Shown: positions 27,641 through 40,400 of the stretch, one piece after another | Position numbering within the stretch: position 1 is the stretch's first letter | Layout of the letters: every line of letters begins with the position of its first letter | From: Octopus bimaculoides | Lineage: Eukaryota | Assembly (NCBI RefSeq): GCF_001194135.2 | Contig: NC_068988.1 | Coordinates: 53,182,704 to 53,246,703 of the forward strand | DNA length: 64,000 bases | Direction: 5' to 3' | Program-made: the position numbers and the translations under genes | The notes under the pieces: generated by a model | Databases searched by the model: none | What the model saw: the letters and a program-made list of their open reading frames with translations, nothing else | Told to the model about the DNA's origin: nothing

Positions 27641-30450
27641 TCCAAGAGAGTTAGAGGTTGAGGATTCAACCCACTAAGGGATAGTATCTATCCAATATAC
27701 TGCTAGGAGGGTACCCAATTATTGTTACACTAGTGTTATACCAAGTGCAATAAGGGGGTTATTTTACCCTATGTGTGTGTGTATATATATATATATATAT
27801 AATATATACATATATATATATGTGTGTATATATATATATATATAGATATATATATATATATATATAATATATACATATATATATATGTGTGTGTGTGTGT
27901 ATGTAATGATTGAGGAAAACAGAATATGGAGTTAGCAAGAATCTTTATATAAAGGTTCTTGTTAACTTCATTTTCCATTTCTCTCATTCATTATAAACTC
28001 AACGAACATCATGGAATTCCTGACATAGACCCAATGACAATTATATCATAACCACGGATGACATCAGGTAACCTAAGCATTGTAAGTGCTTTAATCGGCA
28101 CATTATTAGATTAATACCCAAAGTTCAAATAATTATGTGTGTGTAATGATTATTTAGACAATATCTTGATCATACTGCCAACCACCATAATGTAAGAGTT
28201 TAGCTTACCTCCAAGTAAGCATTCTAGCACTTTTTTTGTTTTCTAGTTGAAGTTAACTCTCTTAAATAATATTGTTAACTCCTACGAGAAAGAAATACTG
28301 ATATTACAAGTTTTCATTTTATCTTTCTTCTGAAAAATTGAACCTTGTGTAAGGGACCAAAAATTAATCAAAAATTAATCTAATATTTTAGCTCTGTTAA
28401 CTCCATCTTCAACTTGCAATTATTAAAAAAAGAAGAAAAAAAATGTTATTACTTACCATAATGAATTAATTATTGTAACACATAATACATTTACATATTT
28501 TGCAGGTAAGAGCTGCTGGTGGTTTGATAAAATATTTGGAGAAAAACCGTATTGGAATAGAATTGGAAGATATAAATGTTCGAGTGCCATTTGTCAATAT
28601 TCAAGTGTTTTCTCTGTAAGTTATCCAGAAATTCTCTGCTTTATGTTATCATGGTTAATATCTAAACAATTGTTCTATGTTAAAATACTTATTTGAAACC
28701 TTAGAAGTCTCTCTTATGATAAACTAACAAAATAGGGTTCCTCTAGAGGATCACTGGAGTAATGTTGCTTGACAGAGTGCATAGCTCATAGATCAGTCTC
28801 TGAAAGTCAAGCTGCTACTTTTCCGTATTGAGAGGTCACAGCACCAGTACTATGGACATGTAGTTAGAATCTGGCAAGATGGATTCTTTAAACTGAGGTA
28901 ACAAGTAGGAAACTTAAGGATGGACCAAAAATGATAGGGTTGGATAATATGCATAGTCTCAGTTGGTCATACCTGGGAATCCAACCAAATTGTTTAACTC
29001 TTTAACATTCAGAATATTCTCTCAAATGTAATGCTTATTTATTCAATTGTTCTTAATTAATCATGCATTATTTTGTAGCTTTGAGATTCAATGAGTTGAT
29101 TGCTTATTTTTAGATACACATTGTAGAGTTGCTGTGAGAGATTAGATCTGGTTGATTTGAACATAAAGCAGGCAGAATATTTTGGCTTGATGTGGCCAGT
29201 TTAAATGCTAAAGGGTTAATGACAGTTGCTTCTGATTGGACATTTTGGAGGAAGTGCCAAGAATAGTGGGTGGAGAAGATGGGTAGATGGATGGGTACAC
29301 TTACATCGTTAATTTTTGAAAACTTTATTCAACTGATTTTTACTGAAAGAGACCATCACTTTCCTTGAATGCTAGTGTTTGGCTTTAAGAGGAAGACTAC
29401 AGCAGGGCAATGTTGTTTCATGGTCATTAATAAAAGTGGTACCACCTAGCTCTGCATCACTTACTAATAATGGTCAAATGTTGAGGAGATATCTAAGTGT
29501 AGAAAAAAATACATAAATAAGCTATGTGTAAAGTATGCTGTTTAGTGCAGCGGAAATATTATAGATTTTAGACATGTAAAATACTTTCTTCATAATATCT
29601 AACTTGTTGTAAGGCAGCAAGCTAGCAGAAACGTTTGGATTAAGCTGGCATGCTAACGTTTCTGCCAGCTCGCTGCAATGCTTAGCAGTATTTCGTCTGT
29701 CTTTACGTTCTCAGTTCAAATTCTGCTGAGGTCAACTTTGCCTTTCATCCTTTCGGGATTGATAAATTAAGCACCAGTTGTGTACTGAGGTCGATCTAAC
29801 CAACTGGCATCCAGTCCCCCAAAATTTCTGGCCTTGTGCCTAGAGTAGAAAAGAATATCTAGCTTGTTGGCTTACAATTATAGGGTGAAGTCTCGCTGGT
29901 AATAACTTCACTTTTTATTCCATTCTAGTTGATAAAATGTATCCTGTAGCTCAATAATGAACTTGAAAGGTGAAAACTATGCATTTGCTCCATTGGAGAC
30001 ATTAGTGTTTAATATTTTATTATATGTGACAGAATAAAGAAAAAAATTATTTTACCTAAGTAAAGATATATGCCTAATCAAGACTTAATTACAATATATC
30101 TGAATTAAAATTTATATTTTGAATATTTTGCAGGAACGATCAAGTGATAATAGATAACACAGCACTGTCGTAAGTGATCCACTGTATCTTAACTTTGCTA
30201 GTGTTCCAACGGTTGTAAGACTAACTGTTGAATAATGCCGCTGTTAGCATAATAGGTTCGTTATCATAAGAACTGAGACAGCTTCAAATATTGACCAATG
30301 ATATCTGCTACAAATAAAATGGCTCTGAACATTTCCAGCATGCTACAAAAACAGTCGGTCCACAAAAATAATAAAGAGTACATAGTGGTTGTGTATTGCA
30401 TGGAATAGTCTAATATATTCATGTGTGTGTGTATATATGTATACATTACG

Positions 30451-30509
<59 letters not shown>

Positions 30510-31427
30510 TGGGTCATCCCATAAATAATGCAGTGTTTTTATACTTCTTTTATTTTTCAAAATTAAGATACACAAAGTTATTTTTTTAATCTAAAATATA
30601 CACTCCTTCATTTTCTACAATGCTCTTCAATCAATCTGGTAGACTTGCAAGGCCCCTCTTCCAAAATTCATTTGTCCATGATGAAAAATATTCCTCAAGT
30701 ACTGTTCTGACCTCATCTACAGAATTCATAGTTTTCTGTCCAAATGATTTTGAAGACTGTGAAATAAATGATAATCAGATGGAGTAAGGTCCTGCGAATA
30801 TAGTAGATAGAGCATTGTTTTCCATTCAAACTGCTCCAGCCTTTGGAATGTCATCCTCGCTGTTTGTGGCCGAGCATTATCCTGATGGAAGAACACCTTT
30901 CGTCTTGAAACCAAAGATGGTCGTTTTTCTTCTAGCGCTAACTTAAGCTGGTCAAGCTGCTTGCAGTAGATCACCTTTATTACTGTTTGGTTTGGGTTTA
31001 AAAGTTCAACATAGATTGAACCTTTCATATCACACCAAACAGATAACAACACCATACCATATATATATATATATGTTATATACACACACAGTATGTATAT
31101 GGTGAGAGAATAGAGTAGTTAAATAGATTCTTTTTACCAATACGTAAGAGATTGGTAACATTACTATAAGTTTCAAAGTGTATGTGTGTGTTTGTGTGCA
31201 CTGTACCAGTGATATACTTGGACAAAAATCAATTAATTAAGTCTCCCCCACCCTCAACCATGCCCAACCAATCAAAAAGCCATGTACATCACTACATTCT
31301 TATATTTCAGTGCTTTGCAGATCTTCCGGAAGGAAACTCACCCATCAGTATATAAATCTGGGCAGAGCTGTAGCAAAGAGGGATTTAGCTTATTTGGTAA
31401 ATGACATTTTGTTGGGTGTTGCTGCCC

Positions 31428-31462
<35 letters not shown>

Positions 31463-34400
31463 GCTGGTGTTGTTGCTGCTGCATCCAGTTTTGTCGTTAA
31501 GACTGTTTTTGTTACGATTATGTTTTTTAGGCGTTGGTTTTTGTTAGCATTGTTGTTACCAGATACTGCAATTACCATCATTGCTATTATGTTGTTTAGA
31601 TCAAGACCAATGACGAAAAGGCATTCATTTTCTGTGTGTCAGTGACACTGTATTATTTAATGTGTCCTCTTCTCTGATATCATCCTCTCTTTGTGTATAT
31701 TAAACACTACATTGTTTTGTTTATTTTTAAAAAAAATTTTTTAAGCAAGATGCGTTTTGAGGGACATTTGACTGTTGTTTCTAGCTGGTTGTGTGACTAC
31801 TTAAAAGCTCCCTCATTGATTCATGCTGTTGTTATTGAAGCTTGAGGTATTATTGGTTGTACTGTTGATTGTTGTTGAGCTGAATATCAAAACGTACATT
31901 GAGTGTGGGATAGAAAGTGACAAAGGAGTTATTTCCCTTTACATTTTGAGTTCAAATCCTGCTGAAGCTGTCTTTGCCTTTCATTCTTATGGAAGGAGAG
32001 TGATTAAAACAAATGCCAATTATTTACAGGGGTTGACTAAAGCAGTTATAATCTTTCCTTCCAAAATTTTTTTTTCATTTATTCTGAGGAATGGGAAGGC
32101 AATATTCAAGACCTTTGCAAACCTACTTTGGACTTATGAGGCTGTTGTTTTTATTTGGGCTCCTGTCAGCTCTGGCCAAGCACCTCTAGGATGAACAATA
32201 TTGCAACTATAACACACCATCGCCGTCGTTGCTGTTCCTTAAAGTTCAAATCATACCAAGGCTGCTTTTATTTCTTCATAATCATTAAAAGAAGAACCAA
32301 TATGCAGAATCGTTTTATCGCACTTAACAAAATGCTGAGGTCAGCTTTGCCTTTCATCCTACCAGAATCAGTTTTGCTCACACTCAGAATGAGAAACCAC
32401 TTAGCAAAGTCTCAGTAGAACGACTAACATCTCTACCTTCCAATGCTCATTACTAGAGCCTTGTACACTATCCAGTTAAATATGGAGGATTGATTTAATT
32501 ATTTTTTATATTATTGATAATTTCTATTGATTATTAATTACCATTATCAAAACCTTATGTTCTAGCAAGGATAGCCACTATCCTTGTTTGATTTCCACTT
32601 GAAGTCAAATCCTTTCACTTATCCCTTTCCAAAAGACATTTGCAGTATGACTATCACACAGTCCTATTTTGCTCTCCAAACAGTTTGTGGCTTTCTATCG
32701 TAAAACCAATCATTGTTATATATTTTTATTACATAAGTTTTGGTATTATTTTAATTTCGATTTTATATTTTTTGACATTTTTCAGGAATTCTCAACAGAT
32801 GCAAATCTCAACTTGGCAGCAAACTACTAAGGTAAACATGTTCTGGATCACTCTTTTGCTTGTAGTCAAAGTATAGATATTGAGTAGTGGGGTGGGGGTG
32901 GGGGGACAGGCCTATTGATTTAACCCTTAAGTGTTTAAACCGGTCATATCAGGCCAAAATTGTCTTCCTGTTTTATGCTCAAACCAGCCAGCTCTGACCT
33001 CTCACACCTACCCTACAAAGTCATTCTAAAAATAAACAGGGACATCATCAAAATCTCAGAGTTACAAGATGCTGTACAATTAACTTAAAATAATGTAATT
33101 AAACAGGCTTTACGTTTGACAGAGTAATCTGAATGCTAAAGGGTTAATCTAACATGAGAAGAATACTTCACTACAACTGTTTTACTGAGTGGGTGAGAAT
33201 GTACTGGGCTCCCCTCATGGCCTCCATAATGTTACATGACTGATATATTTGCCAATCTTGTATAGGAATGACACTTCATTAGCTTACTTCATCCTGTTGT
33301 AAGCTAACAGAGCACTTATCAGTTGCATAGTATTCCTGTCACCTACACAAAAGTGTTGTTTGCCCTTGCTCGTATGTTTGCTTGATCAGGGCTGACCTTT
33401 GGCCAAACAACAACATCAAGAACATTATAAGTCGATAATTGTCTCTTGGAGTTGCAGTATTAGGCTGAAGCTCCACCATGTAGCATTTAAAGATATTTTC
33501 CTGAAGAATTTAGAACTCAGTATCCATTGAGGGGTATTTCTGATTATGAAAACTGAAGAAATGACACTATTTACCACAGATACTAGAAAGAGCAACCTAA
33601 TTCTCCCTCAGTTCACATCTTAAAAATGAAGGGACACATTGCATAGTGTCATTCTAATTACAGCACATCTGAAAATACATAGAATGGTTATAAGTGACAT
33701 GCTTTTGGTCACATGTCCGATTATTCTTGGTTGTCCTGGGACAAATCAATAACAATAAAATAGTTCTCGGCCGATTTTTTCATCTTAAACATTGATTCTA
33801 ACGCTCTTAGTTTATTTTTCTTATTTCAAGACGCTGGTTTTTAACACCTACAAAAAATGTAGAAATTCTTCAACAGCGCCACAGTGCCATTGCCTACTTT
33901 ATCAACAAGTGCCAAAGTGACATTGTCCGAAGTCTTGAAGGATGCTTACTGCATATCCGAAGTATCTCTGTAGGTTTGCACTCTACTATTTTCTTTAATC
34001 CGTTTAAATTTGTAAGCTTATCTATTGTATTTCGTTTTTGGATTTGGTTTGCAAGATTTTTTATGTGATTTCATGTGTTGAAGCATATTCTGTTGTGTCT
34101 GGGGAGAGTCATTTTCTTATTGTGCCGTAAAATTTAACACACTCACTGGTAAAATTTCCACTTCTTTTTCTTTTTATTTTCCTAAAATTTTCATTGCATT
34201 TTGCAACCTTATCAATAGTCTTGACTGTCCATTATTTACGCTGCGTTCTTTTTTACTTTCAAATTTCAGGCTGGCAGGGCCAAACAAGGTGCTACAGCTT
34301 GTTATAAAACATAATAGTACATCAACAGACATTGTTGTATAATATAGTACACCATGGTTGTCTTATAGCACATTTGATAATCTGCAATCAGCTGTAGCAA

Positions 34401-37400
34401 TTTCTTGCACATTGTAGTACATTGTAAGATACTGTAGTGCATATTGTTTAACCCCGGGTCAGCCTTGATTGAGTAGACCTATAATCAAAAGATTTCAAGC
34501 TGTGACCATCTCATATTTATCCATATCAAGAACTACATTTTCCCTTTGTGTGATCTATTTGAGAAGACAGCATGTGATACATTCTAAAAAATTGTAGACT
34601 GTAAGAGAATATAAACCAATGCTGAAATATAAAGAAATTACTTTTTGAGCCTAGATTGATTCTTTTCTATGAATTTTCTAATGTTTCTCAATTTCAAATT
34701 AAACAGCGAATATTAAGCCGTATGAAGCAGGCCCAGGTATCAATTGGAGATTGGCAAAGATTATATAAGGTAAAAACTAAAACCTGTTCTTTCTTTTCTT
34801 TTGAATATAAATTCTTTTTATTCTTTCATGATTAGATATACGTGTACCTCCATGCCAAAGAAGATCTTACTGGTGCTGGTACCATGTAAAAAGCACCTTG
34901 TCCATCCACTGTGTAAAGTGTTTGGCATTAGGAAGGACATCCAATCATGAAAACAATGCCAGAACAATACAGAGGGGTTTGGTGCAGCCCTTTGGCTTGC
35001 CAACTCCTGTCAAACCATCCAACTCATGCTATTATGGAAGCTGGGCATTAAATTATGATGATGCTTATTGTGATGGCCATATTCAAGTCACATAATCAGA
35101 AGTTAGTTATATCTATTGTCCAACCTGACTGATGTGTAACAAAGAGCTGAAATCACTTTGATAATGATAAAATATTCTATAATAGTGATAATATATTAAA
35201 TACTCATTACATCTTTGTAAGTATACCCACATTGGAGATCATGCCTATCAATTTTTTTATTAAATACTGCAAAACATAGCTCATAATTGTTGATATGAAG
35301 TAGTTGGAAAATAACATGGGCATTAATGTTAGTGAAACAGCTTTTCAAGACAAATTTGTATTATGAGTATTCTGAAATTCAAACTAAAAATGTCTCGTTA
35401 TATTACATACTAAGTACTGGATGTGATGTTTACATTTTTTTTATTAATAGCCTGAAAATTAAAAATATTTCTTTGTTTCAATTTATATATATGTATAAGG
35501 TGGCGAGGTGACAGAAGCATTAACACGCCAGGCAAAATGCTTAGTGGTATTTCATCTGTCTTTACGTTCTGAGTTCAAATTCTGCCAAGGTCGACTTTGC
35601 TTTTCATCCTTTCAGGGTGGATCTAATTGACTGGCCCCTCCACAAACATTTCGGGCCTTGTGCCTAGAGTAGAAAAGAATTTATATATATGTATAAGAGA
35701 AGAGAAGACCCGGCAAGCCAAGTGAGATTGTTGCCAGTGCCCCTGGACTGGCTCTTGTGCGGGTGGTACATAAGATGCACCATTTTGAGCGTGGCCGTTG
35801 CCAGTACCGCCTGACTGGCCTTCGTAGGATTTTCAAGCGAGATCGTTGCCAGTGCCCCTGGACTGGCTCTTGTGCGGGTGGCACATAAAAGACACCATTT
35901 TGAGCGTGGCCGTTGCCAGTACTGCCTGACTGGCCTTCATGCGGGTGACACGTAAAAGCATCCACTACACTCTCTGAGTGGTTGGCGTTAGGAAGGGCAT
36001 CCAGCTGTAGAAACTCTGCCAAATTAGATTGGAGCCTGGTGTTGCCATCCGGTTTCACCAGTCCTCAGTCAAACCGTCCAACCCATGCTAGCATGGAAAG
36101 CGGACGTTAAACGATGATGATGATGTATATATAGACCAATTAATAGCTGTAGATATGTGTATATGTTTGTGTTTATGCAATCATAATGGTTACAAATAAT
36201 CATGACTGTCATACAAACCATGTCATTCATTTTCTATCTTTTTTGAAAACATGCCTGACCTTGGAAAGGGGGTTAGCAACAGGAAAGGCATCCGACCATG
36301 GGAAAATCTGCCTCAATGAATTCGTCTAATCCTTACAACAATGCAACAAATACAGAGAGGTGAATGCTATGTTGATGACAGCACTGCTTGACATACGTGT
36401 GTATACACACACACACACATTTTCTCACACACACACACATGCACCCACATGAAATTGTATATACATTCCTGCAATGGTCCAAGTTGTTAAAGGCCACCTA
36501 TTTAAGACTTAAGAAATGAAAGAAACAGATTCAATTGATGAATGAAACTTAATAGTTTTCTATAAATAAAATGTCTAAGGAAGTAAAAATAGACTGAGAT
36601 CAAGTAGGATATGATACCAAATGGTGAGAATTCACTTGGCTTATTCTGACTGCTGAATCTTGTTGCCTCTGATTTCCATGTCAACCCCAATTAAGCACAA
36701 CTATAATTAAAAGCCATCACCATCCTGTATTTTTGTACTTTTATTTCTTTTATACTTTTCAGCCACACAGCTGCAGTCATGCTGGAGCACCATATTTACG
36801 GGTATTTTTTTTCTTAAGACAGTAGGAATGTAATTTGAGATTTAGCTGCTATTTATTGAAAGTTGTTTGGCAAATGTAGAGGCTCTTTTGTTGATGTTTA
36901 GAGCTTTCTCACTGGCTTGTGAGATCCTTTGTAACTAACAAAGGACAATAGTACACAACATCAACTAGGAGACATAGGTTTAGTTGCCACCGGATATTCA
37001 CTTTTAATTCTCTTTTAAATATACCTTGTTTTTGCACCTGCACCTTGATAACAGCAAAATAAATTATTGTTATGCTTGACAAACATATATTCTCTCTTGA
37101 CAGACAGTATACCATGCAATTTACTTAGCAGACATATGTAAAGCACAAGACCAACAAATTTCTGTCTTTAAAAAGGTAAACATTTTATAATATCTCAACA
37201 ATATTCTGTTGTACTCAGTAGTCAAATACTCCTATATTACCAACAAATTTGAATATACATATTGAAGAGTGAGCTGAGAGTTTGTGTTTCTGATCATTTA
37301 TATACATACATACATACATACATACATACATACACACATAGAGTAGCTGTCTGGCTTCCGTGATAGTGGCCCATAAATAGCACCATTTGAGCGTGATCGT

Positions 37401-40400
37401 TACCAGCATCGCCTTACTGGCACGTTAGGAAATCATTTGAGCGAGGTCATTGCCAGTGCCGCTAGACTGGCCCCTGTGCAGGTGGCACGTAAAAAACGTC
37501 ATTTTGAGCGTGGCCGTTGCCAGTACCATGTGACTGGCCCTCGTGCCGGTGGCACGTAAAAGCACCCACTACACTCTCCGAGTGGTTGGTGTTAGGAAGA
37601 GCATCCAGCTGTAGAAACTCTGCCAAATCAGATTGGAGCCTGGTGCAGCCATCCGGTTCACCAGTCCTCAGTCAAATCGTCCAACCCATGCTAGCATGGA
37701 AAGTGGATGTTAAACGATGATGATGATGATGATGATGATATATATATAGGTGCAGGCGTGGCTATGTGGTAAGAAGCTTGCTTCCCCACCATATGGTTCC
37801 AGGTTCAGTCCGACTGCATGGCACCTTGGGCAAGTGTCTTCTACTATAGCTTCAGACCAGCCAAAGCCTTGTGAGAGGATTTGGTACATGGAAACTGAAA
37901 GAAGCCTGTTAACCACTGATTGGTTCCTGTGTCGGTGGCATGTAAAAAGCACCATCTGAATGTGGCTGATGCCTGTACTCCCTGACTGGCTCTCGTGCTG
38001 GTGGCATGTAAAAAGTACTATCAGAATGTGATCGATGCCAGGCCCGCCTGACTGGCTCCTGTGCCGGTGGCACATAAAAAGCAGCCACTACACTCTTGGA
38101 GTGGTTGGCGTTAGGAAGGGCATCCAGCTGTAAAAACATTGCCAGATCAGATTGGAGCCTGGTGGAACCGCTGGCTCTCCAGACCTCAGTCAAACCGTCC
38201 AACCCATTCCAGCATGTATTGAAACTAGTTTATATTATATAGAATTTAGACTATAGTGTGTAAGAAATAGTCTGCACTTTACAGAAACTGGTCTGTGCTG
38301 CTAGAAACTACTCTCTTCTATACAGAATATTAGACTAGTTTGTACTATCTAGAAATAGAATGCATTGTAATGAATGTGTGTTTTAGATGTTATATCCTAA
38401 AATATGTTGTTGTGTATTTTAGATCAGTTCCACATTCACAGAAGATCTTCACAGAATTGCTACTTTGATTAACAAAATAGTAAGTTTATTTTTTTAATTT
38501 GACCCTGCAATCTTTGATGTGTTATTGTCACTGCTGCGACTGGCTTGTTGCTATTTTTGTTGTTGCTGTTGTTATTATGATTGTAATACTTGTCAATGTT
38601 GTTGTTATATCAATAATCAATGGTGTTATTGTTTTAACAGTTTTAACATTGCTATAATCTGATTTCTGTTGCTATGGTTATCATAGTGGTCGATATTGAT
38701 ACTTTTTCCCAAAATTACTTATTTTTTAACTGAAAAATATACCTTACTACTATTGAAAATTACTGTTAATCCATGATCAATTATTCTGTCTAGCTCAGTC
38801 TATAATAAGCACCATATTCTCTTGGTGGTTATTGTAGTCTAGTAAGGAGGAATACAGTGGTTCAATCCCCACTATAGCTGTTTTATTCTATCCCAGGCCT
38901 ATCATTTATATTCCCATTGCTTTCGTGTGTGTTGGGCCTTTGCCTTTTACTTGTTTCAGTCATTGGACGGCAGCCATGCTGGGGCACTACCTTGATGGGT
39001 TTTACTTTAAGGGATCAACACCATTATTACCGGTTTTTTTTTGGGGGGGGGGTTCTAAGTCTGGTACTTATTCCATCAGTCTCAATTTCTGAGAAGGTTG
39101 CTTGTCAAGTGATGATGGAAACAAACACACACACACACACACACACACATGTGACTGACTTCCACACAGTTTCCATCTACCAAATTCATTCACAAGACAT
39201 TCATTAACCATCGGCTATAATAGAAGACACTTGTCCAAGATGCTGTACAGTGAAACTGAACCCATAACCATGCAGTTGCAAAGCAAGCTTCTAAGGCTTA
39301 TAACCATGTCTGAGCCTTTTCCATTCCCCCTCCCTCCCCCTTCCTACCGCTGACCACTCAACTGTGATGTATGAGTGGAGTTATCTACCTTGATCAGAGA
39401 GATTCAATCCAATAATTGTGATTTTGAACTTACGACAATATATGGTCAGCGCTTCTGTTTCTTAATCTCAGTAATTTCAATGCTGACAAAGTAAGTGGCA
39501 TCAAATCTTCGTCCATCATCATTCAAATCACCATCACATTCTCCACATATTTCGCATAAGCAAAACAGATTGCCACGTAATATTATGCTATGTGAAAATT
39601 CATCAGTGATTTGCTATTTTTTTAGGTCGATTTCGCAGAATCAAAAGCCCAGAATCGCTTTGTTGTGAAAGCCAATGTTGACCAAAATTTGGATGACAGT
39701 AAGGTCCTCATTTGTTGTTAATTTTATTAGCCTTGTTTACATGCAAAACCCTTACAACTACACATACTTACACATAGGCACAGACATTTTTTTGTTTTGT
39801 CCTGAGCTGTCCATAATGTTTTTCGTCATGTAAACCCCTGTGGTTAATAAAGAAATCTTTATCATTATTATTACGTTGTTTTTTTTTTCTTCTTTCCTCA
39901 AATTTTCTTCCATTTCTCGCCGAGTGTTTTCCGTACACCTAGGGCAGAGAAACTCATTGTATGAATTCCCAGTTTACACACACAAATTCACAGGTAAAAT
40001 ATGTTTTTAAAAAAAAATTAATAAATAGATAAATTCATGAATGGATTCAATATTATTATTATTATTAAAGTGGAGAGCTGGCAGAATCGTTAGCACACTG
40101 AACGAAATGCTTAGGGGTATTTCACCCGTCGTTACAATCTGAAATCAGATTCCACCAAGGTTGACTTTGCCTTTCATCTTTTCAGGGTCNNNNNNNNNNN
40201 NNNNNNNNNNNNNNNNNNNNNNNNNNNNNNNNNNNNNNNNNNNNNNNNNNNNNNNNNNNNNNNNNNNNNNNNNNNNNNNNNNNNNNNNNNNNNNNNNNNN
40301 NNNNNNNNNNNNNNNNNNNNNNNNNNNNNNNNNNNNNNNNNNNNNNNNNNNNNNNNNNNNNNNNNNNNNNNNNNNNNNNNNNNNNNNNNNNNNNNNNNNN

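Noticed and set aside
35705-36000. CRISPR-like array suggested by ~65-bp periodic repeats
   Set aside because: Eukaryotic context, whole units are homologous with no unique spacers, and they are part of an RTE 3' UTR
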